Shown here one piece after another: positions 1-64,000 of a stretch of 64,000 bases of DNA. Position 1 is the stretch's first letter. Every line of letters starts with the position of its first letter. Under the pieces are notes generated by a model. The model made no database searches. It was not told the origin of the DNA and was given only the letters and a program-made list of their open reading frames with translations. The DNA comes from Podarcis cretensis (Eukaryota). The translations under genes and the position numbers were made by a program. The stretch lies in the NCBI GenBank assembly GCA_951804945.1, contig OX638150.1:80228001-80292000 (forward strand), read 5' to 3'.

Positions 1-59
1 ATCCATGATGATTAATGTATATGTCCAGTTGTGTTTGGTTTTTACTACATAACTAGACA

Positions 60-170
60 GGTAAAAGGTATAGGACCCCTGGACGATTAAGTCCAGTCAA
101 ATGTGACTATGGGGATGCAGCGCTCATCTCGCTTTCAGGCCAAGGCATTTGTTCACAGGCAGCTTCTGGT
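60..170 (-). mobile_element. Sauria SINE 3' fragment, diverged
   Basis: Reverse complement resembles the 3' end of the copy at 22215-22583 (gagatgagcgc..ggggt..cctttacc). Confidence 0.65.
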
Positions 171-2595
171 GCAACAGGACACCTAGACAGCAGTCTTAAT
201 GGTGCCTACTCAGAAGCAAATCTCATTGAATTCAATAGGGCTTACTTCTAGTTAACAGGTGTTAGGATTGCAGGCTTACTGTAGTTTAAACAACAACAAC
301 AACAACATAATAATAATAATTTATTATTTATACCCCAACCATCTGCCTGGGTTTCCCCAGCCACAAGTATAGAACAAAAACAATACAACCAGAATTTTGC
401 ACTGGAGGTGAATAGCGCCCACTGCAACCCAAACACTCGCAAAACACCTTAATCCAGGCATTAAAATCATTGCAGTGATTGGAATGTTTAATTTCATGAT
501 AATTTTAGATATAAAGTTAATTATGTTTTTGTTCCTTTTCATAGAGCCAGGAACAGAAAGTAAGCAAATGAGTACCTACAAATACAAAGAAGGCAGGCTT
601 AGTATTTGAAATTGTCTGTGAAGATTGTGAGATGGTAAACTACAGAGACTGTATGGTTGTGCCATCTTGCCCGACCTTATCATAAGGAAAAAGTGATTCT
701 TGTGCAGTGAAGTTCACTTTGCCTAGATCTTTAGGTCTGATTGCTAATTATACTGCGAACAAACACTCTGCTCAAAATCCATGTCAAAGCTAGGTAAATT
801 ATGGGATAAAAATAAAATCCATTTAAAGCAAGATGAGTAGAAAATGTATATTTATAGCTGCAGTACATGAGCCAGACTTGAACTATCAATTCCTCACTTT
901 GTTATTTAAGATTATTATTTTTAACTGTTATTATAAATCAGTATCTTGACATTTGTTTGTTATGTTTTGTCTTCATTTAATATAGCTTCTCAGTTAGGTA
1001 AGAGAACTGTTCTGATCAAGTTCTAACAGACACAACTGATCCTAGCTGCACAGAATATGCTCACAGGATTAACAAGAAGGTGCTTCCTTTAATTTGAAGG
1101 AAATGGGTAGCTACATTTTTATAATGTGACATTCTTCTGTAAGAATGGGTGGTAACTTCCAACTTAAATCAAAGTCTGCAAACCCATGTTGCCCACGTTT
1201 TCTTCCATAAATGAATTGTTCAGCAGAAGCAAGATTTAAAAAACAGTTTAACTTATCAGAACCAATAATGTAACAGTATCTACTGGCGGCAGTGTCTCCT
1301 CACTGGGGCATATAACCACCCTGCTTTACAGTCTGTGGTGAGTAACACTTTGGGACCTCATCCTTCAGATATTGTTGGACCCCAACTCCCATAAACCCCA
1401 ATCAGTATGGTCAGTGGTTAGGGATGATGGGAGCTGTTAATATAGGAACACCTGGAGAGCAATAGAACCCCCACCTCTGGATTAGGTTGCTGTTAATATT
1501 CAGGATGTTTTGCTACTCCAGACAAGACTGAAAATGCCACCTCCATCTGCTCCACAGCCCTGCCCCAAATCCAGACAGCTGTGCATTCCCTGCTAAACAT
1601 TGAAAAGCACGCCAAGAGGTAAGAATGATGGGGGTGGGACGGGCAAGGCAGGAGGTAATACAGTGCTCCAAAATTACTAGGATGAACATAGTCTTTTTAC
1701 AGGATTACAGCCCATTCTTCTACATGCTTACTTAGTAATATGTTCCCTGGTATTCAGTGGTGCTTACTCCCAGGCAAGTGGACGTAGGATTGTGTTGTTA
1801 ATATTAACCTCTGCACTAACCCTTCAATGCGTAATTTTCACAAAATGCAGGAAGTAGAATTAGGTTCTAGTTTGCTGCCTATGAAATACAACCGTATACA
1901 CAAATCAGTGTAGCCAATATGCAAATATCCCTCTAACCCAGAATCCTGCTCCTACAGCCATGAGTAACAGGAGCTAGTTTTCTGACCATTTATATAAAAA
2001 GCAGCGACAACAACAAACCTTGCACCCGTAAAGTCAACTCTAACTTTCATTCAGAGAAGCGGGCTCTTGAGGTTGGGGTGGGGGGAGTCAGCTTACTGCA
2101 CAAGGTATTTTTCATAAGTGCCAGAGGCTAAGTGAAGATGAATGTTCAATATGCATCCTATAAAGCATAGTCATAAACTCCAGAGCTGAGTAATGATGGT
2201 ACACACTTGTAGCAGAGAGTAATAATGGGCCTCATTCAATATACAATAATGTGATACTAAATATTTATCTGCCTGTCATAAATTTAAATGAAATTCTTTC
2301 CATTGCAAAATATGCTGTGCACATATATCATAAACTACCCTTCAAGAGGGCAGGTGGTGTAAAAGGACTAACTTAAAATTACAATTACCTGCAGATCTAC
2401 TGTTGCCTAACAAATCTGATTATCCTGTGTTAGTGAACCTCTAGTTTCACAGACAAAAGCTGGGAGTCAAATGAAAGAAGGACACTCTTCACTTACTGGC
2501 CACATTCCCTTCTGGGCAACTTTCTGAGGACTGCATGGCAGTGGTAGATGGGGTCCGGGACAAAAATGGTGTAAATTTTACCTTTGTACAGTATA

Positions 2596-2810
2596 CAGTG
2601 GTACCTCATGTTACATACGCTTCAGGTTACAGACTCCGCTAACCCAGAAATAGTGCTTCAGGTTAAGAACTTTGCTTCAGGATGAGAACAGAAATCGTGT
2701 GGCGGCAGTGGGAGGCCCCATTAGCTAAAGTGGTGCTTCAGGTTAAGAACAGCTTCAGGTTAAGAACGGACCTTCGGAACGAATTAAGTACTTAACCAGA
2801 GGTACCACTG
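2596..2810 (+). mobile_element. Tc1/mariner (Tigger/pogo-like) MITE, copy 1
   Basis: TA|CAGTGGTACCTC...GAGGTACCACTG|TA; internal ttcaggttaagaac subrepeats. Confidence 0.9.
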
Positions 2811-2887
2811 TACTAGTTTCTGCAGGTATTCCAGCACCCCTCTCTATCCATCTTGAAGGACACATTCCAGCAAGCTCATAGTATGTA

Positions 2888-2888
<1 letters not shown>

Positions 2889-2936
<48 letters not shown>

Positions 2937-3043
2937 TTATTATTTATACCCCGCCCATCTGGCTGGGCCTCCCCAGCCACTCTGGGCGGCTTCCATAGAA
3001 AGCAAAAATACAGTAAAATATCACACGTTTAAAACTTCCCTGA
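2889..3043 (-). mobile_element. LINE 3' tail (probably L2/CR1 group) with (AAT)n microsatellite
   Basis: (AAT)~16 joined to ttatttataccccgcccatctggctggg..ccagccactctgggcggctt; related piece at about 289-365. Confidence 0.65.
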
Positions 3044-3199
3044 ACATGTATGAATGCAAGTATGAATGAGAGCAGTGAGGAGTGTAAACTTGGAAAAGTG
3101 GGGAGACTTCTGAGGGCCAGATAGACAGCTCTGGGCCTCCCCACATAACTGCTTTAAACAACTTAGCCCTGGAGAAATAGAATACTTGTGACTAATTAA

Positions 3200-3410
3200 T
3201 AGGGTTGCCATATTTCAAACAGTGAAAAGACAGAAAAGTTGTTGAGATTTTTTGCCATTTTGAGCTATTTTAAGGAAAAATCAGCACTGCTGACATGGTG
3301 TGCCATACATCCAGATTTTCCAAAACATTTGTCCAATTTCTGCCCGGATGCTGTTGATGGATGCGGTATTCCGGATATGTCTAGGAAATTCTGGGTGTAT
3401 GGCCACCCTA
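3200..3410. mobile_element. hAT-like MITE
   Basis: TIRs TAGGGTTGCCATA / TATGGCCACCCTA (12/13); no TSD visible. Confidence 0.6.
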
Positions 3411-3821
3411 GTTGTGCAAAGATTAAGTATCCAACTGGGAGTGGAACTAGCAGTGACCACAAACCCTCACCCAACCGCTTCTCCAGATTGACATTCCAGC
3501 TGCATCAGAATCCAAAGGCTCTTTTTCTTCCCCTTGACCTCTCTTCACTTTCCCAACTGTCAGTTCAAGGTTGGTTTCCTTCTGCTTGGGACAAGTACCC
3601 ATGAAGGCACTGCCAGGCTACTCCTTTCTACAAGAACAAAACTGTCAGTTCTAATGGGACTAGTTAGTATGCAGCAGTGACTGGAGAACATGGCTACCTT
3701 CCCATACCCTATTTCCACTACTACACTAAACCTTTGGTGCATTCCAGCTTCCAAATTTAATTCCAGAGTTCAGGCAAGTGAATGGCTGTATTCCTAGTTC
3801 TTCAAAACTTCACAGAATGGA

Positions 3822-4367
3822 TTCCTCTATGCCACCACAGCAGCGAGAATTTTATTGGCACAATATTGGAAAGTGGAAACTATCCCCAATATAAATGATT
3901 GGCAAATTAAAATGATAAATTATGCTGAGCTTGATAAATTAACAGGTAAATTAAGAGACCACGATGAACAGAAATCTCTGAAAAATTGGAGTAAATACTG
4001 GAACTATATTGGAATAAATGCTTAATGTGATTGGCGGGGTCAGAACAATACTACCAGCGTGTGAATTTAGGCTTATAGATTAAAAATCAAATACGTAATG
4101 GAAGCAGATATTCGATACTTACCAAAAGGATGGAAGGAAGTCCAGGAGGTGGTTTTTGCGTGTGTGTGGTTTTTTTTTTGTTTTTTTTTTAATCGTTTAC
4201 TGTTTTGTGAAACAGCCAGATTAATCTATCTTTGTATAGTTAGAGAGAGGAAAAAGTTGGCTTGTATATCTTGACGCTTTTTTTTTTGTTATAATTTTTT
4301 CTTTTGTATCTGTTTGTATGTTTGTTATGTGTATAACCTCAATAAAAATGTATTTGGGAAAAAAAAA
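3822..4367 (+). mobile_element. 5'-truncated L1-clade LINE
   Basis: Open ORF2 C-terminus 3822-4025 (FLYATTAARILLAQYWK..W..KM..AELDKLT..W..*), 3' UTR, AATAAA and poly(A); 18-bp TSD AAAACTTCACAGAATGGA (3804-3821 / 4368-4385). Confidence 0.88.
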
Positions 4368-5571
4368 AAAACTTCACAGAATGGAACCCTATGTCTCTGC
4401 TCATCCTCAGTCAGAGCAGGACTGTGGCATCACAGGCAGCATAGTTCTCAGGAGGAAAGGCACATTTCATAAATCTAATCTAGTTTTTAGGGACCAGATA
4501 TCATTGATTCTACTTCAGGACATTTCCTGTCCAATTTATAGTTCTGAGCATGAGACAGTGCAGGGAAATGCCGTTAACTATTAAAAGGAAAAGAAACCGC
4601 ACCCGGCAGTTCCTCAGCTTAATGCACATTTTAGCAACTGCACATTGCCTGAAGAAAGTGGCCTCATCATTTAGTTCAGGCTATAAATCCTTTGCGACAG
4701 ATCTGAGCCATTTTGCTAACGGGTTGGAATGAAATCCTATACTCTGATTCTGGCATGGTCTGCACATGAAAAGCATAGAAAACCTGAGGGTAACTTTAAT
4801 TGGGCAAAATAGGGAATCGGGAAATCTAATCCTAATGCAAGTTTAAATTGGGAAGAGGTGGAGAAAGATCTCTAGTATGTTAATTTATCTTAGGTAATTC
4901 TTCTGTAATCACCTGTGTTGGTGTTGTTTTTGAGGAGTATTCATTATTTCTGATCTATCCCTGTTCTTGACTCTGTGCCAGCTACCACTCAGTAAATATC
5001 TTCAGCTTTATTACCATGACATTTCCATCCCTTGGAGGAATGAGTTCATTCAACAGCTGATGACACAATTTAACTGTGATTTTAGCAGACTTATTTCAAG
5101 ATGATCCATGCCAGTGTCTGTTTTGTAATCCTTACTAATGCTAAGCACTGAGCAAATACCCTGAACGCAGAAGGGTTGTTCTTATACACACTGTGACTTT
5201 CATACTTGAGCATCTAAAAAAGAAAAAGAAAAAGAAAAAAAGTAGTGTATGGGGATGAGTTTGGAATACATTACCTGGTAGGGGAAGAAACCTATTTATT
5301 AAAGCTGTAATACACTATGGTTTGTTTGTGCCAAATGTACTTTCCAGCTGGAGTCCTACCATTCTGGGAGTAGGAAAGGCCCTGTGATACTTGAGGATAC
5401 CCTACACAAACAACAGGAGTGCGTACACATTTAAAACTCAGTGTGTATTTCAGACAGAGGATATGTATTTAGATCAATTTAGGAAGATCATTGTTGGAGA
5501 CATTACAACAAGGGACAGAATGACTATGGCCAAATACAGAAAAAACTTTAGCAGCTATTAATAAAGGGCCT

Positions 5572-5654
5572 GAAGACAGGAGTGCCTGGCGTGCTCTGGT
5601 CCAAGGGGTCACGAAGAGTCGGACATGACTAAATGACTAAACAACAACAAGAAG
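5572..5654 (+). mobile_element. BovB (RTE) LINE 3' end, 83 bp
   Basis: gcctggcgtgctctggtcca.ggggtcacgaagagtcggaca.gact..(caa)n; 12-bp TSD AATAAAGGGCCT (5560-5571 / 5655-5666). Confidence 0.85.
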
Positions 5655-5989
5655 AATAAAGGGCCTTAGCTTCAGTCTTCCACTGGACCTGGTAAGTCAG
5701 AGCCAAGTATTTATGAATTTGGTTTCAAAGAACACTGTCTATAATGGAAATTTGTCCATGCAGTGAAAAGACCCATGTGGACATAAGAACATCAAGATTA
5801 AATATTTATGCCAGTGTTGTTGAAGGAAAAAGGTTGAAGAATCACTCTAAAATCTAGATGAATCTTAAGTAGGGAATTGCCTTCACTGTACCCTCAGTGC
5901 TTTTCCAGATTAATTTGAATTTAACACATACCTTGCATATTCTGCAGACCAGATACATAACAATGAAGCAATATCTGAGTAACTAAGAA

Positions 5990-6300
5990 CAGGAATGGGG
6001 AAGCTCAGTCAGCCCAAGCACTGCATTCCCTTCTGGGCAACCTTCTGAGGCTCACCTGCCAGTGATGGGCAAGGCAAGAGGCAAAAGTGGGCAGAGCAAG
6101 AAATGTAAACTTTATATTTGTACAGTAGGCTAGTTTCTACATACATCTGCAAGATAGGCAAGTGGCACTAAGGGTTCCAGGACATATTCCAACCAGGCAA
6201 ACAGTTGTGGTGTGAAGCAGGGAAGGGTGTGGGCTGGGAGAGATCTAAGGCTCAGATAGAGAACCCTCTGGCATTTGGCTCCTAGACCTCAAGTACCTCA
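5990..6300. mobile_element. Uninterrupted relative of the 2481-3150 DNA element
   Basis: Collinear similarity with 2481-3150; boundaries approximate. Confidence 0.55.
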
Positions 6301-7853
6301 ATTTCAATATAAAAAATCTACATTTAACCCTGGGACCCCACTGTCATGTACTCACTGTAAGCAAATAAATAAATACCATATATAGCAGGTTCCACCTTCA
6401 ACAATATATAATGATACTGTGCTCGTAATAACAAGAATCTATGAAATGTTGTAGGTAGGTGTCATGGTTGCCACTTGGGCACAACCACTACATGCGCCTT
6501 TCCCTGTTCCATGTTCTCTTTCTTCTGGATTGCTCACTCTCTTCCAAGTATCACAGTAGGGGAAGAATAAAAGACCATCCCAGTATTATGGAAAAGAAAT
6601 AAATTCTAATCATACATCATTAAGTTTAAGCCAGTTATGGAAATAATATGATGCTATAGAAATAGAAGTTTAAGTGTGGGGAAATCAGGCAAGAGGGATA
6701 AATCAGTGACAGATCACAGAACATTCACAGGCTGTTTTCTGTGGCAGGCCATGTTAAAAAGAAAGGCAGCCAGTCTAGACACATCAGTATCTTCCTCTTG
6801 TGGTTGGACTGTGTTTTGTCTGGAACCAATAGCTTGGAGAGCCTTCAGGGTTCAGACTTCCCAAGGGTTCTTCAGAGCCACTTGTCTTAATAACAGTGTT
6901 TGGACATGTGCACTACAGCCAACCACAGCTCAAGAGCAGTTAACATCCAATTCTCTACTGAATTCAGTGGAAAGAGCACAAAATTAGAAACCTTCAAAAT
7001 GTTATGTGCCTATACATTTTAAGCAATGTGTGTTGTTGTTTTTTACCAACCTCTTTGAGTTGACCCTCACATGGTTCCTATTAAAAAGAAATGCCAATAA
7101 ACCCACAAAACTATAATCAGCTGCTAACAACCCAAACACACTTTCTTTTTAGCTCTCTCTACATTTGGGGGTGCTTCAGTTTCTCACAGAAAACTGCAAC
7201 ACCTGCTTTTCAGTAAAATGTTAGGCACTAGAGTGTTTAAGCACAGTAGGTGCAGAAATTCTAAAGCTAGAAACATATTAGGTGGACTAACCAGGGCAAC
7301 CATCATCATTAGAAAAAGGTCTTATATATTCCCTCCCTTTCCTATTCCCCTATCACTCTATTTTGAAACCCAGAAAGAGGAGGGTTCACAGAGCAAAATA
7401 AAACACAGTTTATTTAGGGTAAAAACAGAGCTTATAAGAATTTAACTCAGATGCCACTGCCTACTTTACTTGAAAGACATCCCTAGGGCAGCAGGGAGCC
7501 TCTGGTCATCTCCCAATGAACTCAATAGCTGTCTTTGAATTAGAAGGAAATGCTATCCCCAGATGTAAAGGCTTTTCCTTTGATAGCTGGGTGAGAAAAC
7601 AAAAACATGGACATTGTGAAAAGACAGTTAACGTCAACACCCCCCTGCTCTTCTTCCAGAGCCTTTTGTTGTTGTTGTTGTTGTTGTTTTAAATTATGAT
7701 GATGATGATGATGATGTATTGCAATTATAAGTTTTCCCTTCTCTTGTTACCAATTTATACATCCATCTCATCATGATTATATTACAAAAATGTCTAAGGT
7801 TGAATGTGTATATTTAATCATTTTCAGGCAATGCTTATGTGTTAAAGCATATC

Positions 7854-7859
7854 TTTATT
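7854..7859 (-). promoter_or_regulatory. Candidate distal poly(A) signal (AATAAA) of NUP210
   Basis: Minus-strand AATAAA preceded by a U-rich tract with two TGTA motifs (gttgtatttgtatattg). Confidence 0.35.
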
Positions 7860-8135
7860 TCTCAAGCAAATAAACCAAACAAAAACTTTGTTTTCAATAT
7901 ACAAATACAACTTTGTCACAGTATCTTTGTACGACTTTCAAATTTTCCATGAAATATTCCCTGCATTGACATTTTTTTAAGCATCACAATAAGGATTGTT
8001 CACAGTCACATACACTCACAGTGTTAGAATTAGGCACTAAGATTTCTTGTTCTAAACTGCTCCCTGTTAAATGTTAATTATTAACACTTAGGGTTGAAAA
8101 GAAGGTGTTTATGATACAATTCCAACACCAGGCAG

Positions 8136-8362
8136 TGGGTGATATCCAATGTCACATCAGATAATGTGATGGGACCCCACCGCTCTCCTGCCTCTTGTAG
8201 CCTCCCACCCCATGTCTCTGATCTATTCCAGAGGGTTCTCCAAATCTTCATGGCAGTTTTGGATCAGTTGGGGATTGTAGGAAGAAGGAAAAGAAAGGGA
8301 ACACCTATTGCCTGAGCAGAAATCTGTTGCACAAGTGGGCTGCCACAGCTGGATGTCACCCA
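8136..8362. mobile_element. MITE with 3-bp TSD (PIF/Harbinger-like)
   Basis: TIRs TGGGTGATATCCA / TGGATGTCACCCA (12/13); CAG flanks both ends. Confidence 0.55.
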
Positions 8363-10292
8363 CAGTCCAAAGACCAGACCTAGAGAATATTCACTTTGTA
8401 AACATCACATTCTTTTTTGTTGAACCTCTGGAAAAACTTCACCTTTGTATTTTATTGGCAGTCTTGTTTCCTGTCAGATTGGCAACACTGCATTTGCACA
8501 GCGACCTACTTCTGGGCCCAGTAAATACTGAACAGCCAGGCATTTGAGAAGCTTTGAGCTAGAGAATTGGAATTTAGAAACAATTACTCCAGGTCAACCT
8601 TTGAGTTCCTTACTGCTATGGCATCAAAGAACCACACTGCTGGTTGTTGTAGACACCGAACTTCCCAGCAGCCATTGTATGAAAGAAGGAAGGAAGAAAA
8701 GTCTACAAGAAACCATGTGACATTTCCAGTCCAAATTTATACTATATGTGGTGGTATGTTGTTATTTCTTTGGCTACCTGTGCATATTGTAGATTACATG
8801 CAGACACAAAGTATTAATTATACCAGCTAAATCCTTGGGGAAATTTTTGTTCTGCTTAAATTGAACAGTAACTGCACTGACCTCAGTAGAGCTAGGGCAT
8901 GCACACGTTGAGGTGGGAAGGTCGCAACTGTATAGACAGCACAATAAAAATAAAAATATTTCCTGTTGCGGAAGTCAGTCTGTGAAGACTGAGCTGCTCT
9001 TTTGTGTACCCTCCCTTATTCACATTTCCATGACACTCGTGCAGCACTTCAAGTATAAGGGTCCTAGTCCAGGCCACAGTATCAGGTCAAGAGATGCTCA
9101 TTGAGACTCACTGGCTACATTGGAGCCTTGGCCAATAAACCACAGTGGGCTTTGGGCTTTGCACCCAGGAGGAATGTGGAAGCTTTCATTTCTAGTGTAG
9201 ATTCACCACAACTTGCCATATTCTCCAGACTCGACAAACTGGAATTCTTTGTTGCTTTGGCTCACTGAAACAAGGCAACTTAAAACCACGGGTTATAAAT
9301 CTGAATATTCTAATCAGCATTGGCCACAGATTAGGATTCAGATGACTCATCCTTGGAGCTTTTTTTTTTTTTTTTTAGCAAGCAGGTGAGGAACCTTACT
9401 CTTGCAGGCCAATTTTGCATTTCCTTGTTTTTTATGGCCAATTTTGGCCCATCAGGGTGGTTTGGGTGTTCCCTACACATGGCATCATACAGGTAAAGGC
9501 GGGGCTTGACTCAGCCAAAAAGGCACCCTTGGCCAAAGCCTCCTTGTGCATCTTCCAAAGCATCTAACAACAAACTGATTGTCGGGAGCCTCTGAAGTGC
9601 TGCACAAAGCAGGAACCCAGCAACCTTGCTGGATCTGGGCGTGCAAGAGAGCTCCTTATAGGAAACTCTGTTGTGTACCCCTACTTGCTCAATTTGGCTA
9701 ATTTTCTAAGTATGCAGCAGGCAGCAAGGTGCTGCTAGAAGCAAGTTTTTTCCTTAATTTCAGAAGCTGTTTCACTGCAGACAAAGGTGGAAAGCTTGCT
9801 TTTAGGAGTGCCTTGCCTTCCAGACGTTTGGCACTCCAAAGGATAGAAATGTCATTTGTAACACCAAGAGATTGACAGGTAGGTCACTCACCTGTCCAAG
9901 TTTAACCCACGAGACATATTTGGATAAGGATCTGGCCCATGGAGCTAAAGACGTTCACCAGTGCTGATTTAGCATGATGCCCAAATGTGGCCAGTTTCTG
10001 TTGAGGTATTTAACATTTGCAAAGAACTAAAAAAATACACGATCACCCACTTTATATCAACATTATTTTCTTTAAAAAAGACTCAGCTTAAAATAAACTT
10101 TTCATTAAAATAAAACTGTTCCTGTTTTTTTAAAAAAACACCCTGCATAGTCAAATAATAACTAATAAAAATTTCATTTACAGGTGAATAGCAGAGGGCC
10201 TTGGTACTTGCAGCAACTGGTGAAGTGTATGCTGACTATTTTTAGGTAAGGGGAGACCCTACTACAATTCTTGCACAAAAAAGGCACAACTA

Positions 10293-10298
10293 TTTAAT
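10293..10298 (-). promoter_or_regulatory. Candidate proximal poly(A) signal (ATTAAA) of NUP210
   Basis: Minus-strand ATTAAA about 630 nt after the stop, followed by GU/U-rich gttgtgccttttttgtg. Confidence 0.35.
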
Positions 10299-10930
10299 AG
10301 TTATTACAGCATAACTACTTTCTAAACTGGAAAATTCAAATTATTTATAAGGCTAAAGGGTGTGAGAATGTAATAGTGCAGCACTTTCATTCCTGAGTCT
10401 CAAAATAAATTAATAAAATCTGTAACCAAACTAAAACTTTAGTCTTCTAGAAGCATATATCCCTTTCATGTTTTTGGCTTATGTCCTTGTATCTATCTTC
10501 CTTATTTGTATTAAGCCTCATTATGAAACTATAAAAATACAATTTCCACAGGAAGTAAACAAACATATGCACTGCATTGATACGGACAATTAGGAGGTAC
10601 AACTAGTATTAACTGAAAGAAAAGGCAAGCTAGATCAACACAGATACTGGGCATTACCCATAAATTCCTCTCCCAGCACCCAGATAGTACTGCTAATAAT
10701 GACAGATTGTGGAAGAGTAGATTCTACTACCCTTAAATAACATGGGCATGGTGAATTAAAAAGGTATACAGAAATTTTGTTGCATTCGTCAAAGAAAGAG
10801 AGTCGGAATAAACTGAGCAAAAAGCTAAGCTTTGACAAGTTATCATCAGGTAATGAATTAGTTACCAGTAAAAGCACTAGTACTTTAAAATACAAACAAG
10901 AGTCTTTTGAGAGGTGGAAAAAAGCTCTGT

Positions 10931-62464
<51,534 letters not shown>

Positions 62465-64000
62465 CTATTAAAATAAATTATGCACTAATTAAACTTTGTT
62501 TATTTGACAAAGTCTGTCTGAATCTTAAAATGATGAAATGCCGGGGGGAACTTAGGGATGTTTATTTCATCTCTGACATGTTCATGAACTTCTGCATCGT
62601 CACATACACTGGAGACACTTCTCCATGTCTCCCTGTCTCTGAAGTTACATAGGTGGCCATCTCAGCTGGCACTCAATTTAATGTACTTTCAGCACCAGGC
62701 AAAGACCTCTTTATTTTCCCCTTTTAAAGGCTGTGTGTTGATTACTATTTTGCTAAGCTGTTTTACTGTTTTAATCTATAGTTGCCCCGAGAATATTTCT
62801 GAAAGGTGTACTGTAGTGTCTTTTAATAGTAGTAATAAAAATACATACACAGGCTAAGAAGCTGATACAGAGAGTGGCCTTCTAATTTGTGTTGAAGAGC
62901 ACATTTGTGTAAACATATATGGATTAGAAATGTATGATATTGATAACCTGAAGATATGGGTTCTGGTCCAAAGGCCTTACTACATTCTGGGGGCTTCCTT
63001 TCAACTCCAGGCAAGTAATGTTAGGATCAAAAGGTTGTTTCCAATATCAAAACATTAATTATATTCAGAGTGGATTCACTGAAATTAATGAATCTTGCAT
63101 CCATTGATTTCATTGGGTCTACTCTAAGTAACTCAGTTGGATATGCTCTATAGTTACCCCCAAAAGCAATGGCTAATCTACAGTATATAACAATTACTAT
63201 TGTTAACCAAAGACACGTTGCTCACAATAAAGTTAATTGTTAAAAAACCCACTTAGTATTTTCCACTACTACAACTACTACTACATTAGAATAAACACTT
63301 CAATAGAACTTTTAAATTCACATATGTGACCTAGTTGTAATCCTTACAACAGCATTATAAAGTAAGTCAGTCTCCTTATTAAACTATGCATCACTTTCCA
63401 CCCTTGGATAAAACCACATCCACTAAACTTTAAGCCAGAAAGAAGTATATTTCAAAATAGAAGCTGTTTATCTGTTCCCATTAATGGGTTTTTCTGAACT
63501 CCATACTGGCAATTACATTCTAAGTCAAGAAACAATTCCCTAGACAATTATCCCAAGTAAATCAGCTTGCAACTATCCAGGGCTGCCAAGATCTGCAGCC
63601 TTGAGCAGCAACTTCTCATTAGTTACAGAAGCATTGCTTTATTTCCTGTGGGAGGTTGCTAACAAGATATTATGGAATCAATGGTGTTGGTTATGGGGGC
63701 ACTCAAAACTCTGGCATGGTGTTATATCCTTGGGGTACTTTGCACATCCAGACTGATAGCAGGGACTCAGTCACCAGCGGTCTACAGGAATGTTGCAGAT
63801 TTAATTACCGTATATTATTATAACATTTCCTTTTGATACCCATGTTGGCTAGGTATGAAGAAAACCTCACAGCCCTGCCCTCTCCTTGGTGCCAGCGAAG
63901 CATATAACTGAACACTGAAGAAACTTGCCAGGCCTCCCTCATTCCATGAGCAACTGCAAAAGCCTCTTGCCTCTACAGCTTCTTCAGGACCAACAGGTGC

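Larger units (their letters stand above)
2481..3150. mobile_element. Old non-autonomous DNA element interrupted by two younger insertions
   Basis: Pieces align collinearly with 5990-6300 (cattcccttctgggcaac.ttctgagg; tttgtacagta..ctagtttc; gaca.attcca; cagataga). Confidence 0.6.

Noticed and set aside
2596-2810. Repeated ttcaggttaagaac units resembling a CRISPR-like array
   Set aside because: Irregular subrepeats inside a TA-flanked MITE in vertebrate DNA; no unique spacers or cas genes.
1-10000. Exons of a neighbouring gene (IQSEC1 lies downstream of NUP210 in human, from memory)
   Set aside because: No recognisable coding exon or CpG-island promoter in this interval.

Overview
Eukaryotic genomic DNA from a squamate reptile, most likely a lacertid lizard (inferred from a full-length Sauria SINE, a BovB tail and other squamate-type repeats). 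The window is dominated by the 3' three-quarters of NUP210 (nuclear pore membrane glycoprotein gp210) on the minus strand. I traced 30 coding exons by hand between 62464 and the TAG stop at 10931-10933: 4356 nt, 1451 aa plus stop, all intron phases consistent. They cover the luminal Ig-like region, the single transmembrane helix and the short C-terminal tail; the 5' exons lie beyond the window. One intron uses a GC donor. Positions 1 to about 10 kb are 3' UTR or intergenic. Introns and flank hold many transposon relics: five copies of a TA-targeting Tc1/mariner MITE, hAT MITEs with 8-bp TSDs, two solo LTRs with 5-bp TSDs, L1, L2, CR1, RTE and BovB fragments, SINEs and a Penelope-like palindrome. 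Nearly all ORFs in the supplied track are exon read-through or chance ORFs. I found no clear new biological system. The best leads are (i) two different solo LTRs that both carry a long ATG-independent frame open from base 2 of the LTR, (ii) inverted MITE pairs placed like circRNA-promoting repeats, (iii) a possible DNA-capturing Tc2-type element, and (iv) a candidate cryptic or terminal exon. Comparisons with human NUP210 and repeat-family names are from memory, not from a search.
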